Assembly: GCA_965648905.1 (NCBI GenBank)
Contig: CBFGIT010000020.1
Span: 1-48,303, forward strand
Direction of reading: 5' to 3'
Length of the DNA stretch: 48,303 bases
From: a candidate division WOR-3 bacterium
Lineage (GTDB): Bacteria; Hydrothermota; Tepidihabitantia; Tepidihabitantales; Tepidihabitantaceae
Of this stretch, positions 8,210-17,232 are shown piece by piece. Made by a program: the position numbers and the translations under genes. The notes below the pieces were generated by a model that saw only the letters and a list, made by a program, of their open reading frames with translations, did no database searches and was not told the origin of the DNA. Each line of letters opens with the position of its first letter. Positions within the stretch are counted from its first letter, which is position 1.

Positions 8210-9838
8210 CTAGCCTCCGGCCGGCACGATGTGCGGAATGATGAATATCACCAGTTCGCTCTTGTCGTGCCGGATCGAGGTCTTCTTGAACAGATGTCCG
8301 AGCAGCGGGATGTCGCCGAGCAGAGGGATCTTGCCGACGTTACGGGTCTCCTCATCCTTAAGCAGACCGCCGATAACCGCCACCTCACCATCTCCCACCG
8401 TGACCTGCGTCTCGGCCGAACGGCGGGCGACGACCGGACGCTGGTCATCAGCCGGACCAACGTATCCGGTGATCGCTTCGACCGTCGGCTTGACGCTCAT
8501 TGTTATCTTGCCGTCCGACGTCACCCGGGGCGTAACCTCAAGCTTGACCGGCACCGAGCGGCTTCGCCACGTTGTAATCACCAACCCGGTCTTGGGGTCG
8601 CTCGATATCTCGCGCACCGGGAAGTCGGTCGCAGTGGTCATCGTGGCGGTCTGATTATCGAGGGTCATCGTCTTCGGTGAGGCGATCACCCGGGAGCGCC
8701 CGCGCGAAGCCATGATTTCCATCGAGGCATTGAATCGGTCGAGACTGACCTTGCCCAGCACCAGATTCGGCCCCGGATTGAGCCAGCTCGGCACCCCCTC
8801 GGGCAGCCGGGGCGTAACGATCGGCACGCCGAAGTCTTTCTCGGCGTCGAACGGTCCCGAACTCGCGTTCGCGGCCAGCGTCCACTGGATACCGAACCGG
8901 TCCTCGTCGGTCTGGGTCGTCTCAACGAACTTGGCCTCAATCATGATCTGCGGAATCGGCCGGTCGTACTCGGCGATGAAGGCCGCCGCGGCCTCGAGCG
9001 CCTCGGGAATGTCACTCACGACAACGTAGGCCATCCGTTCCGAGCCACCGCCACTGGCCAGCCGGCGGTCGGCGGCGATAACCTCACCGGCCGGCGAAAG
9101 GACTCTCCTCATGACCTTGACGATGTCGGATGCCTCGACATAGTCAAGCCGGAACAGCCGCGTCTGGGTCTCGCCGTACATCTCTTTCTTCAGCGGCTTG
9201 ACAATCAGAATGCCGCTCCGGTCTTCAACGATGTTGGCCAGCGCCGCCTTGACCAGCGCCTCCAAGCCAACCCGAAGCGGGACGTCGCTGAGTCGGACGG
9301 TAATCACCGACTTGACGTCCTGAGTCGTGAGGATGTTCAGGTTAAACTGACTGGCAATCATCCTCAGCACGTCAGTGATTTCGGCATCCTTGACGTAGAT
9401 CGTCAGGCGCTTGCCGGCGAACTGGTCCGGTGTCTCCACCTTCGGCATCGAGACAACCGGGGTTGTGCCGACGTCGACGACGACCATACCCTTCTCGGTG
9501 GTCACGCGATGCGTCATCAGCTCCCGCAGCTTGACGGTCACCCGCACGCCGTTGGTCGCCTCACTTGCCTTGACCGTTACCCCGGCCACCGGGTAGTACT
9601 TCGACTCGATCTGCTCGACCGCGACCCGGGAAGCCACGCCCATCAGGTCGATGACCACGGCTGGTGGTTGGGCGGTGACGAACGAGCTGACGTTGGGGTC
9701 ACCGTCACAGGCAATCGTCACCCGCACGCCATCGAGCAGTTTGTCGATTGCGACGTCGGTCACGTTGATCGTCTCCTGGGCCGTCAGCGCTGCGCCCAAG
9801 CCCAAGATGGTCAGTAACGTAATGATTCTTTTCGTCAT
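8210..9838 (-). CDS. pilQ: Secretin, PilQ-type (signal peptide, AMIN-like, N0/N3 and secretin domains)
   Basis: PQIMIEAKFVE, LEVTPRV, IGGL and KIPLLGDIPLLGHLFK..ELVIFIIPHIV. Confidence 0.9.
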   Translation of the reverse strand: MTKRIITLLTILGLGAALTAQETINVTDVAIDKLLDGVRVTIACDGDPNVSSFVTAQPPAVVIDLMGVASRVAVEQIESKYYPVAGVTVKASEATNGVRVTVKLRELMTHRVTTEKGMVVVDVGTTPVVSMPKVETPDQFAGKRLTIYVKDAEITDVLRMIASQFNLNILTTQDVKSVITVRLSDVPLRVGLEALVKAALANIVEDRSGILIVKPLKKEMYGETQTRLFRLDYVEASDIVKVMRRVLSPAGEVIAADRRLASGGGSERMAYVVVSDIPEALEAAAAFIAEYDRPIPQIMIEAKFVETTQTDEDRFGIQWTLAANASSGPFDAEKDFGVPIVTPRLPEGVPSWLNPGPNLVLGKVSLDRFNASMEIMASRGRSRVIASPKTMTLDNQTATMTTATDFPVREISSDPKTGLVITTWRSRSVPVKLEVTPRVTSDGKITMSVKPTVEAITGYVGPADDQRPVVARRSAETQVTVGDGEVAVIGGLLKDEETRNVGKIPLLGDIPLLGHLFKKTSIRHDKSELVIFIIPHIVPAGG

Positions 9839-9841
9839 GTC

Positions 9842-10342
9842 TTACTCCCCCAGCATCAGGGTGAACGTTCGTCCGCCCTGTTCTAGTGTTACCTTATCGG
9901 TTTCGATGTTGACAATCCGCTTGCCGCTGATGTAGTCGCCGACCTCGAGAATCTGGTCGTTGATGAGCGCATAGGCACGCTCGCCGCCGACCGTAATCGC
10001 CTTGAGCGAGAGGTTGGCCAGCTCGTTAACCATCACCCAGTCGCGCACAAACGGGTCACCGCCCCAGACCTCGGGAAGTATCTCCCGCATCTCGGTAAGC
10101 GGTGCGCTGGCCGTCGTGTCCTTGGGTGCCACCGGCGCCGCCGGCTTCGCGGCCGCAGGCGCCGCACGCCGGGACTTGGCTCGCCTGCCCGCCTGCGCGG
10201 CAACCGAACCGCCTAGCTCACGGGCCGCACCATCTACCTGTGTGCTGAGCTCGGGAACGGAACTCCGTGCCCCGAAGAACAGCGTATAGAGCGCAAGCAC
10301 TGCGACTGCCGTGCCGAGTACAACCACAATCCGCTGTCTCAA
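9842..10342 (-). CDS. Membrane-anchored accessory protein (PilP-position/GspB-like)
   Basis: N-terminal TM helix, Ala/Pro linker, DPF motif and C-terminal YALINDQILEVGD beta domain. Sits between pilO and pilQ. Confidence 0.7.
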   Translation of the reverse strand: MRQRIVVVLGTAVAVLALYTLFFGARSSVPELSTQVDGAARELGGSVAAQAGRRAKSRRAAPAAAKPAAPVAPKDTTASAPLTEMREILPEVWGGDPFVRDWVMVNELANLSLKAITVGGERAYALINDQILEVGDYISGKRIVNIETDKVTLEQGGRTFTLMLGE

Positions 10343-10388
10343 GGTGCTCCTTTCTTAGCCGGCATCATCCAGCCTCGTTACCAAGATC

Positions 10389-10985
10389 CTACCTGCGCCT
10401 CCGCGACCGTGGCTCGCGACCGCCGTATCCGGAAGGAAGCAGACTCTCTCCGACCCGGACCGTCGAGCGCCGGCCGAACGACTCGACCTCGATCCGATCC
10501 GGTTCAATCGCAACCACCTTGCGCCCCATGACGACGTCCCCGACCTGAACCCGGCGTCCGTCAATCAGCGCATAGCTTTCGCTGCCCAGTGAGACGATCG
10601 CCTTGACGACATAGAACTGCCCCTTCCGACTCCGCGTGCCCTTCCGACCCCGGCGCGACCCCCGGAGCATTCGCCGACGCTCGCGCTCCTGCCGCTTCAG
10701 CTCGCGGCGGCGCTGTTTCTCTTCAGCGCGGCGACGCTTCGTCTCGGCGCGACGCTCCTCTTTGGTCATCGTCTTGAGCGAACCGCTGGTTCTGCCTCTT
10801 GAACGACCGCGCCGGCCGGAAGACGAGGTCATCCGGGCACCTGCGGACTTCTTGCCTGCGGTCGAATCCTGCTCGGTCTTCCGGGTACTCTTACTCTTCT
10901 TCGCCGTTCCCTTCGGCCGCAACAGCATGTAGCCCGCGAACCCAAGAACGGCAACGAGGATGAGTACCAGGACAATCCGTCTCAC
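10389..10985 (-). CDS. Membrane-anchored, very basic accessory protein (paralog-like of 9842..10342)
   Basis: N-terminal TM helix, Arg/Lys-rich helical linker and C-terminal YALIDGRRVQVGD domain. Overlaps the pilO stop by 4 nt. Confidence 0.7.
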   Translation of the reverse strand: MRRIVLVLILVAVLGFAGYMLLRPKGTAKKSKSTRKTEQDSTAGKKSAGARMTSSSGRRGRSRGRTSGSLKTMTKEERRAETKRRRAEEKQRRRELKRQERERRRMLRGSRRGRKGTRSRKGQFYVVKAIVSLGSESYALIDGRRVQVGDVVMGRKVVAIEPDRIEVESFGRRSTVRVGESLLPSGYGGREPRSRRRR

Positions 10986-11557
10986 AACCGTCCTCCCGCG
11001 GCCAGGCTCGAGGCGTAGAGGTTGACCAGCAGCTTCGCTTCAATCTCCGGTCTGATGTCCTCACGCGCGTTGACCTCGAAGTCCGGCACGCGCACGAAGT
11101 AAGGAAAGTCCTTGAGCGACTCGACGTACCGACCGACATCAAGATATCGCCCCTGCACGGTAATGAGAAACGGCACACTGCGCAGCGGCTGGGCGGGCGA
11201 TTCCTCCTGCAGCAGAGTGTCCAATCCGGGCGGAGCGATCTCAAGGAACCTGACCTTCCGGGCCGTCGCCTCATCCGCCAGCCGGCGCAGCATCGTCAAC
11301 ATCTGCGAGCGCGGGACAACCCGGGCTACGAAGGCGGCGTTCGCCTCCTGCAGCTCGCCGACCCGTTGCCGCAGCCGACCGATGTTCTTGACGCGGGCCC
11401 GGGTCTCGTCAAGCTGCTTCTGCAGCTCGACCACCTGCGCCGCGGCACGCTGCCGGGACTGGAGTCGCGGCTGGTACAGCAAGAACCAGGCGGCAATCGC
11501 CAGCAGTCCATACACCACCAGTCCAATCAGCAGAACACGACGTTCAAGTAATGCCAT
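10982..11557 (-). CDS. pilO: PilO-like alignment subunit
   Basis: TM helix, coiled coil, then VPFLITVQGRYLDVGRYVESLKDFPYFVRV. Position follows pilMN. Confidence 0.85.
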   Translation of the reverse strand: MALLERRVLLIGLVVYGLLAIAAWFLLYQPRLQSRQRAAAQVVELQKQLDETRARVKNIGRLRQRVGELQEANAAFVARVVPRSQMLTMLRRLADEATARKVRFLEIAPPGLDTLLQEESPAQPLRSVPFLITVQGRYLDVGRYVESLKDFPYFVRVPDFEVNAREDIRPEIEAKLLVNLYASSLAAGGRL

Positions 11558-11560
11558 GGT

Positions 11561-13177
11561 TCACTCCGTAACGCACTGGATTTCGAACTCGAGAACCGAT
11601 TCGCCCTGCAGCATCCCGCGAGACTTCGAGACCAGCATCACCTGCTGGAATGCCGGGCTGGTTTCCAGGTCAATCAGAAACTGCGACAGGTCGATGTCGA
11701 GCAGGAAGGGCTCACCCGACACGGCCCCGGCCAGCTTGACATTGCGCTGACCGGTGAGCGCACAGGTGTTGAGCTGGATGTTGGGCGGCACGATGCGCGT
11801 CAACTGAGCCATCACCGGCACTGAGATGATCTGCTCGCCGACCACATCGCGCAGACTGCGCTGCTTGGCTTCCAGCTCCCTGACCTCGGTTTCAAGGGCG
11901 AAGTACTCCTTGTTGCTCTCTTCGGTCGCCTTCAGGTCGCGCCTGAGTCGGTTGGCCCGGGCAGTGTACGCCTGGGACCATCCGGCCAGAACAATGAAGA
12001 TGAAGATCAGCAGGCCGACCCAGACGATGCCGCCAGCAACTGCCAGCCGGATGTCGCGGGCGACAAACTTGCCCGTCTTCATCTCGACCGGCAACAGGTC
12101 AACCGCCGAGTGGTCGTATAGCAATCCGAGCGCGGTGACCAGCCGGTACCCGACCTCGTCTTCCGGGCTCGAACCCTTCTTGTACAGCCCGGCGCTCCGG
12201 AACGGATCGAAAAGCTCGGTCGGGATGCCGAGATTGGTCTGAATGTACTCCCGCATACCTCCCATCGCCGCGGTACCGCCGCAGATCAGCAGCCGGTCGA
12301 TCTTGGTCTCGCCGAACTCCCGACGGTAGTAGTCGATCGAACGGTTGACCTCGGCGACGAACCGCTCCAGCGCCGGCCGCTGGAGCGTGGCCAGCCGTTT
12401 GACCATGATCCCGGAAGGAAGCCGTTCGGCGTCGTCTTCGCTGGGAATGCCGTGTTTCCGCTTCAGGTTCTCGGCATCGTAGGCATCGAGCGCCAACTGC
12501 CCTTCTTCGGTGGTAATCGCGACCGTCATCGCTTCGGTAATCGCGTTACCCGCGGTCGTAATCGTCCGGGCCAGGTCCAGCCGCTCACCCTTCATGAAGA
12601 CCATGTCGGTGAACTCGGCCCCGATGTCAAGCAGGCAGACCGACTCATCCGGCCGGACGTTGCCGAACTTCTTGACCACGGCCTGCAGCGCGAACGGGAT
12701 GACGCTGATTGACGTCGGTTCGAGTCCGGCCTTACGCAGGGTACTGATGTGGTCCGAGACGATATCCTTGCGCGCGGCCACGACCATGACGTTGTCCTTG
12801 ATTGCCCCGGCCTCGCGCTGTGGACCGAGTGTCTTGAAGTCGAGTATCGCCTCGTCGAGCGTGAACGGCGAGTACTTCTCCAGTCGCAGAAGAATTGCAT
12901 CCTTCAGCTCGCGCCGGTTCATCTTCGGGAACGGCGCCTGGCGCAGGCTGACCGACGGCCCGGAAACGAAGCTGTAGACTTCACCCGGCTTGTAGTCCTT
13001 GATCAGCTCGCGCAGAATCGAAGGGACGTCGAATGCCTCGCCAATCTCCTTCAGGCCGTAGTCAACTACGCGCCCGCCCTCCATCTTCACGAACTTCACC
13101 GAGTTGGAACCGATGTCAATGCACAGCGTACCTTTGCCGCCGCCACCGCCGAAAATGCTGCCTAAGCCGGTTGCCAT
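11561..13177 (-). CDS. pilM: Fused PilM-PilN (actin-like domain + TM + PilN periplasmic domain)
   Basis: IDIGSNSVK, LDIGAEFT and ICGGTA, then VDLLP (PilN INLLP motif), a TM helix and a coiled coil. Start moved to the ATG at 13177 with an AAGGAGG RBS. Confidence 0.88.
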   Translation of the reverse strand: MATGLGSIFGGGGGKGTLCIDIGSNSVKFVKMEGGRVVDYGLKEIGEAFDVPSILRELIKDYKPGEVYSFVSGPSVSLRQAPFPKMNRRELKDAILLRLEKYSPFTLDEAILDFKTLGPQREAGAIKDNVMVVAARKDIVSDHISTLRKAGLEPTSISVIPFALQAVVKKFGNVRPDESVCLLDIGAEFTDMVFMKGERLDLARTITTAGNAITEAMTVAITTEEGQLALDAYDAENLKRKHGIPSEDDAERLPSGIMVKRLATLQRPALERFVAEVNRSIDYYRREFGETKIDRLLICGGTAAMGGMREYIQTNLGIPTELFDPFRSAGLYKKGSSPEDEVGYRLVTALGLLYDHSAVDLLPVEMKTGKFVARDIRLAVAGGIVWVGLLIFIFIVLAGWSQAYTARANRLRRDLKATEESNKEYFALETEVRELEAKQRSLRDVVGEQIISVPVMAQLTRIVPPNIQLNTCALTGQRNVKLAGAVSGEPFLLDIDLSQFLIDLETSPAFQQVMLVSKSRGMLQGESVLEFEIQCVTE

Positions 13178-13199
13178 GTTCCTCCTTAAGTGCCTGCTC

Positions 13200-14333
13200 T
13201 CATTGGGGCGTGACCGTAATCTCGGAGCCGTCACTGAATCGCAGACGAAACTCCGCACCGCTCACGTTCACCGGACTGCCCGCACCGGTCGAATCCTCGT
13301 TCCAGTACAACATCTGAAAATTCGCCAGTTCAGCCCGGCTGGCGGGAACGACACAGGGTAGCGTAAGCTGAACCGTACCACCCTGCCCCACGCCGAACGG
13401 ACGCAGTGAGTCGGGCGGGGCACCGTTGACCGAAATCGCCCGGACGTACGCCGGGGTCGGTGCCCGCACCACAAAGATCGAGTAGACCGTGTCGTCGGAC
13501 GAACCCTCGTTCACGACACTGAACCAGAAACTTGAGCTGTCATTCAGGACAATCGTCGGCGTCCCGACCAGAACCAGCCGGTTCCGGAACGTTCGACTGA
13601 AACGGAAATCTACCACCGGGCGTGAACGCGGCGCGACCGTGACCCAGCGGGATATCGAGTCGCCGCCGGCCACACTCGCAACCAGCCGGTGGGTGCCGGC
13701 CGGAACCGGACGACCGTTTGCCGGCCCGAACTGGTAGAAACCACCGGGGTCAGGCGACACGAAATAGGGAGTTTGCCCCGAACTCGGACGCAGCACGATT
13801 GAAATTGAGCTGGCCCTTTCTCCGGGTGTATTGCCCTCCCAGTCGGTGACCGTTCCGGTCACGGTGTTGCTCGTCAACTGAGGCAGCGAGTCGGCAACCC
13901 GGACCGTCATCGGATACTTACCCTTGCCCAGACTGGCAATTGTTCCGGTAGCCTGGTTATAGGTGTAGAGGTCGCCCCATGCGTCGTAGAGGAATCCGAC
14001 CGTGTCACCCGTCAATCCACGCCGGACATAGGGCCCGTGCCAGTTCGTATCGCCGGTCGTATTGGCCACAAGCTCGCGCAGGTCAATGGGCAGACGTCCC
14101 ATGTCGCCGAAGAACCCGAAGTCCACCCGGCGGCCGTCATAAGTCAGGTCCGGATTACCGGTCATCGCCTGAACAAGCTCGTTCAGCTCCTTTGCGGTCT
14201 GGTCGAAAAGTCCCCGGTCACGGGTTGCGTCTATCGTCCGCAACGCCACCGTGCTCAGGATGCCGATAATCAGCAGAACAACCAACAACTCCATCAGAGT
14301 AAAACCGCGGCTCCGGTTCGTCGCTAGACTCAT
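13200..14333 (-). CDS. Prepilin/pseudopilin with GspG-like head and extra C-terminal beta domains
   Basis: G|FTLMELLVV cleavage/methylation site; GFFGDMGRLP..L.EL..WHGPY..DAWG. Confidence 0.85.
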   Translation of the reverse strand: MSLATNRSRGFTLMELLVVLLIIGILSTVALRTIDATRDRGLFDQTAKELNELVQAMTGNPDLTYDGRRVDFGFFGDMGRLPIDLRELVANTTGDTNWHGPYVRRGLTGDTVGFLYDAWGDLYTYNQATGTIASLGKGKYPMTVRVADSLPQLTSNTVTGTVTDWEGNTPGERASSISIVLRPSSGQTPYFVSPDPGGFYQFGPANGRPVPAGTHRLVASVAGGDSISRWVTVAPRSRPVVDFRFSRTFRNRLVLVGTPTIVLNDSSSFWFSVVNEGSSDDTVYSIFVVRAPTPAYVRAISVNGAPPDSLRPFGVGQGGTVQLTLPCVVPASRAELANFQMLYWNEDSTGAGSPVNVSGAEFRLRFSDGSEITVTPQ

Positions 14334-15139
14334 GGTTCGTTGTTCCAGTCAACGTTCAACTGCAGTCTTACGTCTTGTGCCCCGAACCCGGGATAGACGG
14401 TTACATTCATGGTCGTCATCACGCTGTCCCGCGGCGGAGCGAAGTGAATGTACTTGCCGAGCAGCGTATGGCTGCCCTGCGGTATGTTGGCAAAATTGAA
14501 CTGGCCGTTGCTCAGTTGGAGCCCGGTCAGAGAAGTGGCATAGGTTCGCCCCTCAAACGGATACTCCAAGGTCACCCTGATTCCCCCCAGGATCGTATCA
14601 TTGGCCGGTGGCGTCACACCGCGGGCATCAACCACTCGACCCTGAACAGTGTTCTGGAGTAATGCCCGGCGCTCGAATCCCAGACTGCGGGTCATCCAGC
14701 GAGTCCGGTCGGCCAGACCCCGTCCGCCGTAGCTGCGCAGGAAAAGGCTGTCTTTGCTGTAGAGAATCGAGTCGCCCCAGCCGTCGAACAAGAATGCGGT
14801 CGGCGATTCGTTGAAAGGTGCTCGCAGATACGGCCCTTTCCATCGACTGCTCTCCGGCGGCGACACCGGCGGCGCAATCGCCAGCTCGGCCAGGTTCTCA
14901 GGCAACCGGCCCATGTCACCGACAAACCCGAAGTCCGCTCGCCGGCCCGCGACCACGTAGGCCGGGTCACCGGTGATCGCCGTGGCAATCTGCTCCAGCC
15001 GCTTCCGGGTCGTTTCGTAGCGGCCACGCTCCAGTGTCACATCCCAGGCCTTGACCGCGGCGGTAAGAATAAGACTCAGAACCATCAGGACGACAAGCAA
15101 CTCAAGCAGCGTCATGCCGGCCCGACGGTCTGTGTTCAC
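14330..15139 (-). CDS. Prepilin/pseudopilin with GspG-like head and a carboxypeptidase-regulatory-like beta domain
   Basis: G|MTLLELLVV; GFVGDMGRLPENLAEL..WKGPY..DGWG; VQGRVVD. Confidence 0.85.
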   Translation of the reverse strand: MNTDRRAGMTLLELLVVLMVLSLILTAAVKAWDVTLERGRYETTRKRLEQIATAITGDPAYVVAGRRADFGFVGDMGRLPENLAELAIAPPVSPPESSRWKGPYLRAPFNESPTAFLFDGWGDSILYSKDSLFLRSYGGRGLADRTRWMTRSLGFERRALLQNTVQGRVVDARGVTPPANDTILGGIRVTLEYPFEGRTYATSLTGLQLSNGQFNFANIPQGSHTLLGKYIHFAPPRDSVMTTMNVTVYPGFGAQDVRLQLNVDWNNEP

Positions 15140-15682
15140 CTAGAACCTCACGTAGATGTCGTCGCTGTCCTTGGCTCCGGGCTGGCCAAGGAACAAACCG
15201 TCTGCTCCGGCACTCCACAGCCCGACCGTGTCGTTGTTCTCAATCAGGAACCGGTAGAAGACTCCCCAGGCATCGCTGCGGTAGCCCATCTGACCGTCTT
15301 CCCTTATGTACGGACCGTTCCAGCCCTTCTTGATGTAGGGGTCCCATGCCGGAATCGTCTCTTTGCCGACATAGTCCACCCGCTCGTAGATGCCCTCAAA
15401 TGGATTTCGGGTTGCCAGTTCGAGCAGGTCGCGCGGGTAGCGACCAACGTCGGCGCGGAATCCCGCCGCAACCAGCTCGCCCCCAATCTGAATGTCGGGA
15501 TTGCCCGCAATTGCGTCGCGCAGCGCCCGCATTTCCTGCATCGTGGCAACTCGACGGGCGTTGGCGACAACTCGGCTGATGATCGTCGGTACGAAGAAGG
15601 CAAGGATTATCCCGATCACCGATATGACGACCAGCAGCTCGACCAGCGTGAACCCACGGCTGGGGCGTGAAGTGACGTTCAC
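15140..15682 (-). CDS. GspG-like prepilin/pseudopilin
   Basis: G|FTLVELLVV; DVGRYP..WNGPY..DAWG..LWSAGADG..DDI. Start placed at the GTG at 15682, 7 nt after a TATAAT. Confidence 0.85.
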   Translation of the reverse strand: MNVTSRPSRGFTLVELLVVISVIGIILAFFVPTIISRVVANARRVATMQEMRALRDAIAGNPDIQIGGELVAAGFRADVGRYPRDLLELATRNPFEGIYERVDYVGKETIPAWDPYIKKGWNGPYIREDGQMGYRSDAWGVFYRFLIENNDTVGLWSAGADGLFLGQPGAKDSDDIYVRF

Positions 15683-15689
15683 TGAATGT

Positions 15690-15718
15690 ATTATAGGAAT
15701 CCGCCGCACCGAAGTCAA
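15690..15718 (-). promoter_or_regulatory. sigma70 promoter TTGACT-N17-TATAAT (leaderless, for the pilin-pilMNOQTD operon)
   Basis: Near-consensus hexamers; GTG follows after 7 nt with no SD. Confidence 0.8.
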
Positions 15719-15743
15719 GGAAGGAAGACCGGCTCTTGCGGCT

Positions 15744-16277
15744 CTAGTTGTGCAGCAGGAAAATGACTGCGTTGTCATCGGCGTCGTACTCCCGGATTGC
15801 AATCCCGTTCGTGCCGATCGCTACGAGGCCATAGCCGACCGGCGCCTGAGCACCCTCCGGCTCCCAGACCCCATAGACAATCTCACCTGGACTGTAGCCG
15901 TCGATATCATTGGGCCCGTCCTCCTGGTTGTTGCTCAGGTCGGTTTCCTTCTCATAGTCCTCCGGGTTGAACTCGTCCGGGTCCATCTGCCGGTTGCTCC
16001 ACGGATTGGTCGGCAGCCGACCCAGCTCCTCATTGAACGTGCCTCCCGGAAAGAAGGAACCGTAGCCGTCCTCATAGAAGTCGTCGGCGTAGTAGCCCTT
16101 CTCCATGTGGAACGCCTCAATCACGACCTGGACGTTATGCAGGTTCATCTTCATTGCGGCGCGCCGAGCCTGCTCACGGGCGTTCCGGAAGTTCGGCACG
16201 GTCATTGCCAGCAGGATACCGATAATCAGTATCACCACCAACAACTCGACAATCGTAAAACCTTTGGGTTCACGCAT
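15744..16277 (-). CDS. Type IV pilin, candidate major pilin (acidic, aromatic-rich, Cys-free)
   Basis: MREPKG|FTIVELLVVILIIGILLAMTVPNF. Has its own promoter and a GAGGTG RBS. Confidence 0.88.
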   Translation of the reverse strand: MREPKGFTIVELLVVILIIGILLAMTVPNFRNAREQARRAAMKMNLHNVQVVIEAFHMEKGYYADDFYEDGYGSFFPGGTFNEELGRLPTNPWSNRQMDPDEFNPEDYEKETDLSNNQEDGPNDIDGYSPGEIVYGVWEPEGAQAPVGYGLVAIGTNGIAIREYDADDNAVIFLLHN

Positions 16278-16292
16278 ATATCACCTCATTCA

Positions 16293-16321
16293 GTTATAGT
16301 TCAACTCGTGCCGGGTGTCAA
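16293..16321 (-). promoter_or_regulatory. sigma70 promoter TTGACA-N17-TATAAC
   Basis: Directly upstream of the pilin's RBS. Confidence 0.75.
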
Positions 16322-16332
16322 GGAAAACCCTC

Positions 16333-17229
16333 CTAGTCTCGCGCCCCGGGCGGCGTCGTTGTTCTCACTTTGCCCCCATCGAGAAAGTACCTGCCGCCGT
16401 AAGGGTCGCGTTCCGGAACCCCGTCGATGTAGCCGGTCGCGGCCAGTTCGTGCAGGCCGGTCGGCATCCGCCGCCGGTCCTCCTGAAAACGGTCAACCGC
16501 ACGCTGCAGCCGGTCCAGCGTCTCCATCAACTTCAAGTTGCGTAACTGCCGCACAACCAGCTCGCGCAGCCGCTTGTTCTCCGTAGCATTGTACATCTCG
16601 ACCCACATCTGACGGGCGGTCTCATAGTCTCCGGCCTTGGCCCGAGCCACCGCCGCCCACCGGCGGGTAACAAACCAGGCACCCGGCAATCGGGAAGCGA
16701 TATCGAACAGCACGCCGGCGGTCTCGTAGTCCCGTGAGACCATGTAGCTGATGAAAGCAGCGTCAAACGGCAGTTGCCATGCCATCGGGTTCGCCTTCAT
16801 CCCGGAGAAAATCAGATTCAGAGCCTCGGTCGGCTGACGCGCATCCCAAGCCAAGGTAATCGCGCCGAAATGGTACGCGCCGATGAAGCGCGGGTCAAGG
16901 GTAGTAAGAATTTCGAACACGTGCCCCAGCCACTCGTACTTCCGGTCGGTCATCAGATGATGGCCGTAGTACTGAATCGCCCTGAGCCAGACCAAGTCGG
17001 CCGCCAGCTCGCGGTACTCAATTGCCACTTGACGGATGAAGCGTCCGGAAGGGAAATAAGCCAGTTCCTGAATGACCTTCTCCCGCATCCGGCCTTCACC
17101 GGCCCGGTCCAGCGAAAGCTGCAACAGGTAGGCCCCGACAAACCCCCAGAGCACCAGCACAATCGGCAGCAGTCGTGCCAACGGGCCCGGTGCAGCCGGA
17201 ACCGGTCGCCCGGTAACCTCTTCAAGCAC
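16333..17229 (-). CDS. Membrane-anchored TPR-like pilus accessory protein (Myxococcus PilG/Geobacter XapA-like)
   Basis: TM helix, ADLVWLRAIQYYG, TTLDPRF, helical repeats and a pilin-like tail (P..L.EL...GYI..VP.RDPYGG.Y). Co-located with the ABC pair and pilin. Confidence 0.7.
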   Translation of the reverse strand: MLEEVTGRPVPAAPGPLARLLPIVLVLWGFVGAYLLQLSLDRAGEGRMREKVIQELAYFPSGRFIRQVAIEYRELAADLVWLRAIQYYGHHLMTDRKYEWLGHVFEILTTLDPRFIGAYHFGAITLAWDARQPTEALNLIFSGMKANPMAWQLPFDAAFISYMVSRDYETAGVLFDIASRLPGAWFVTRRWAAVARAKAGDYETARQMWVEMYNATENKRLRELVVRQLRNLKLMETLDRLQRAVDRFQEDRRRMPTGLHELAATGYIDGVPERDPYGGRYFLDGGKVRTTTPPGARD

Positions 17230-17232
17230 CGC

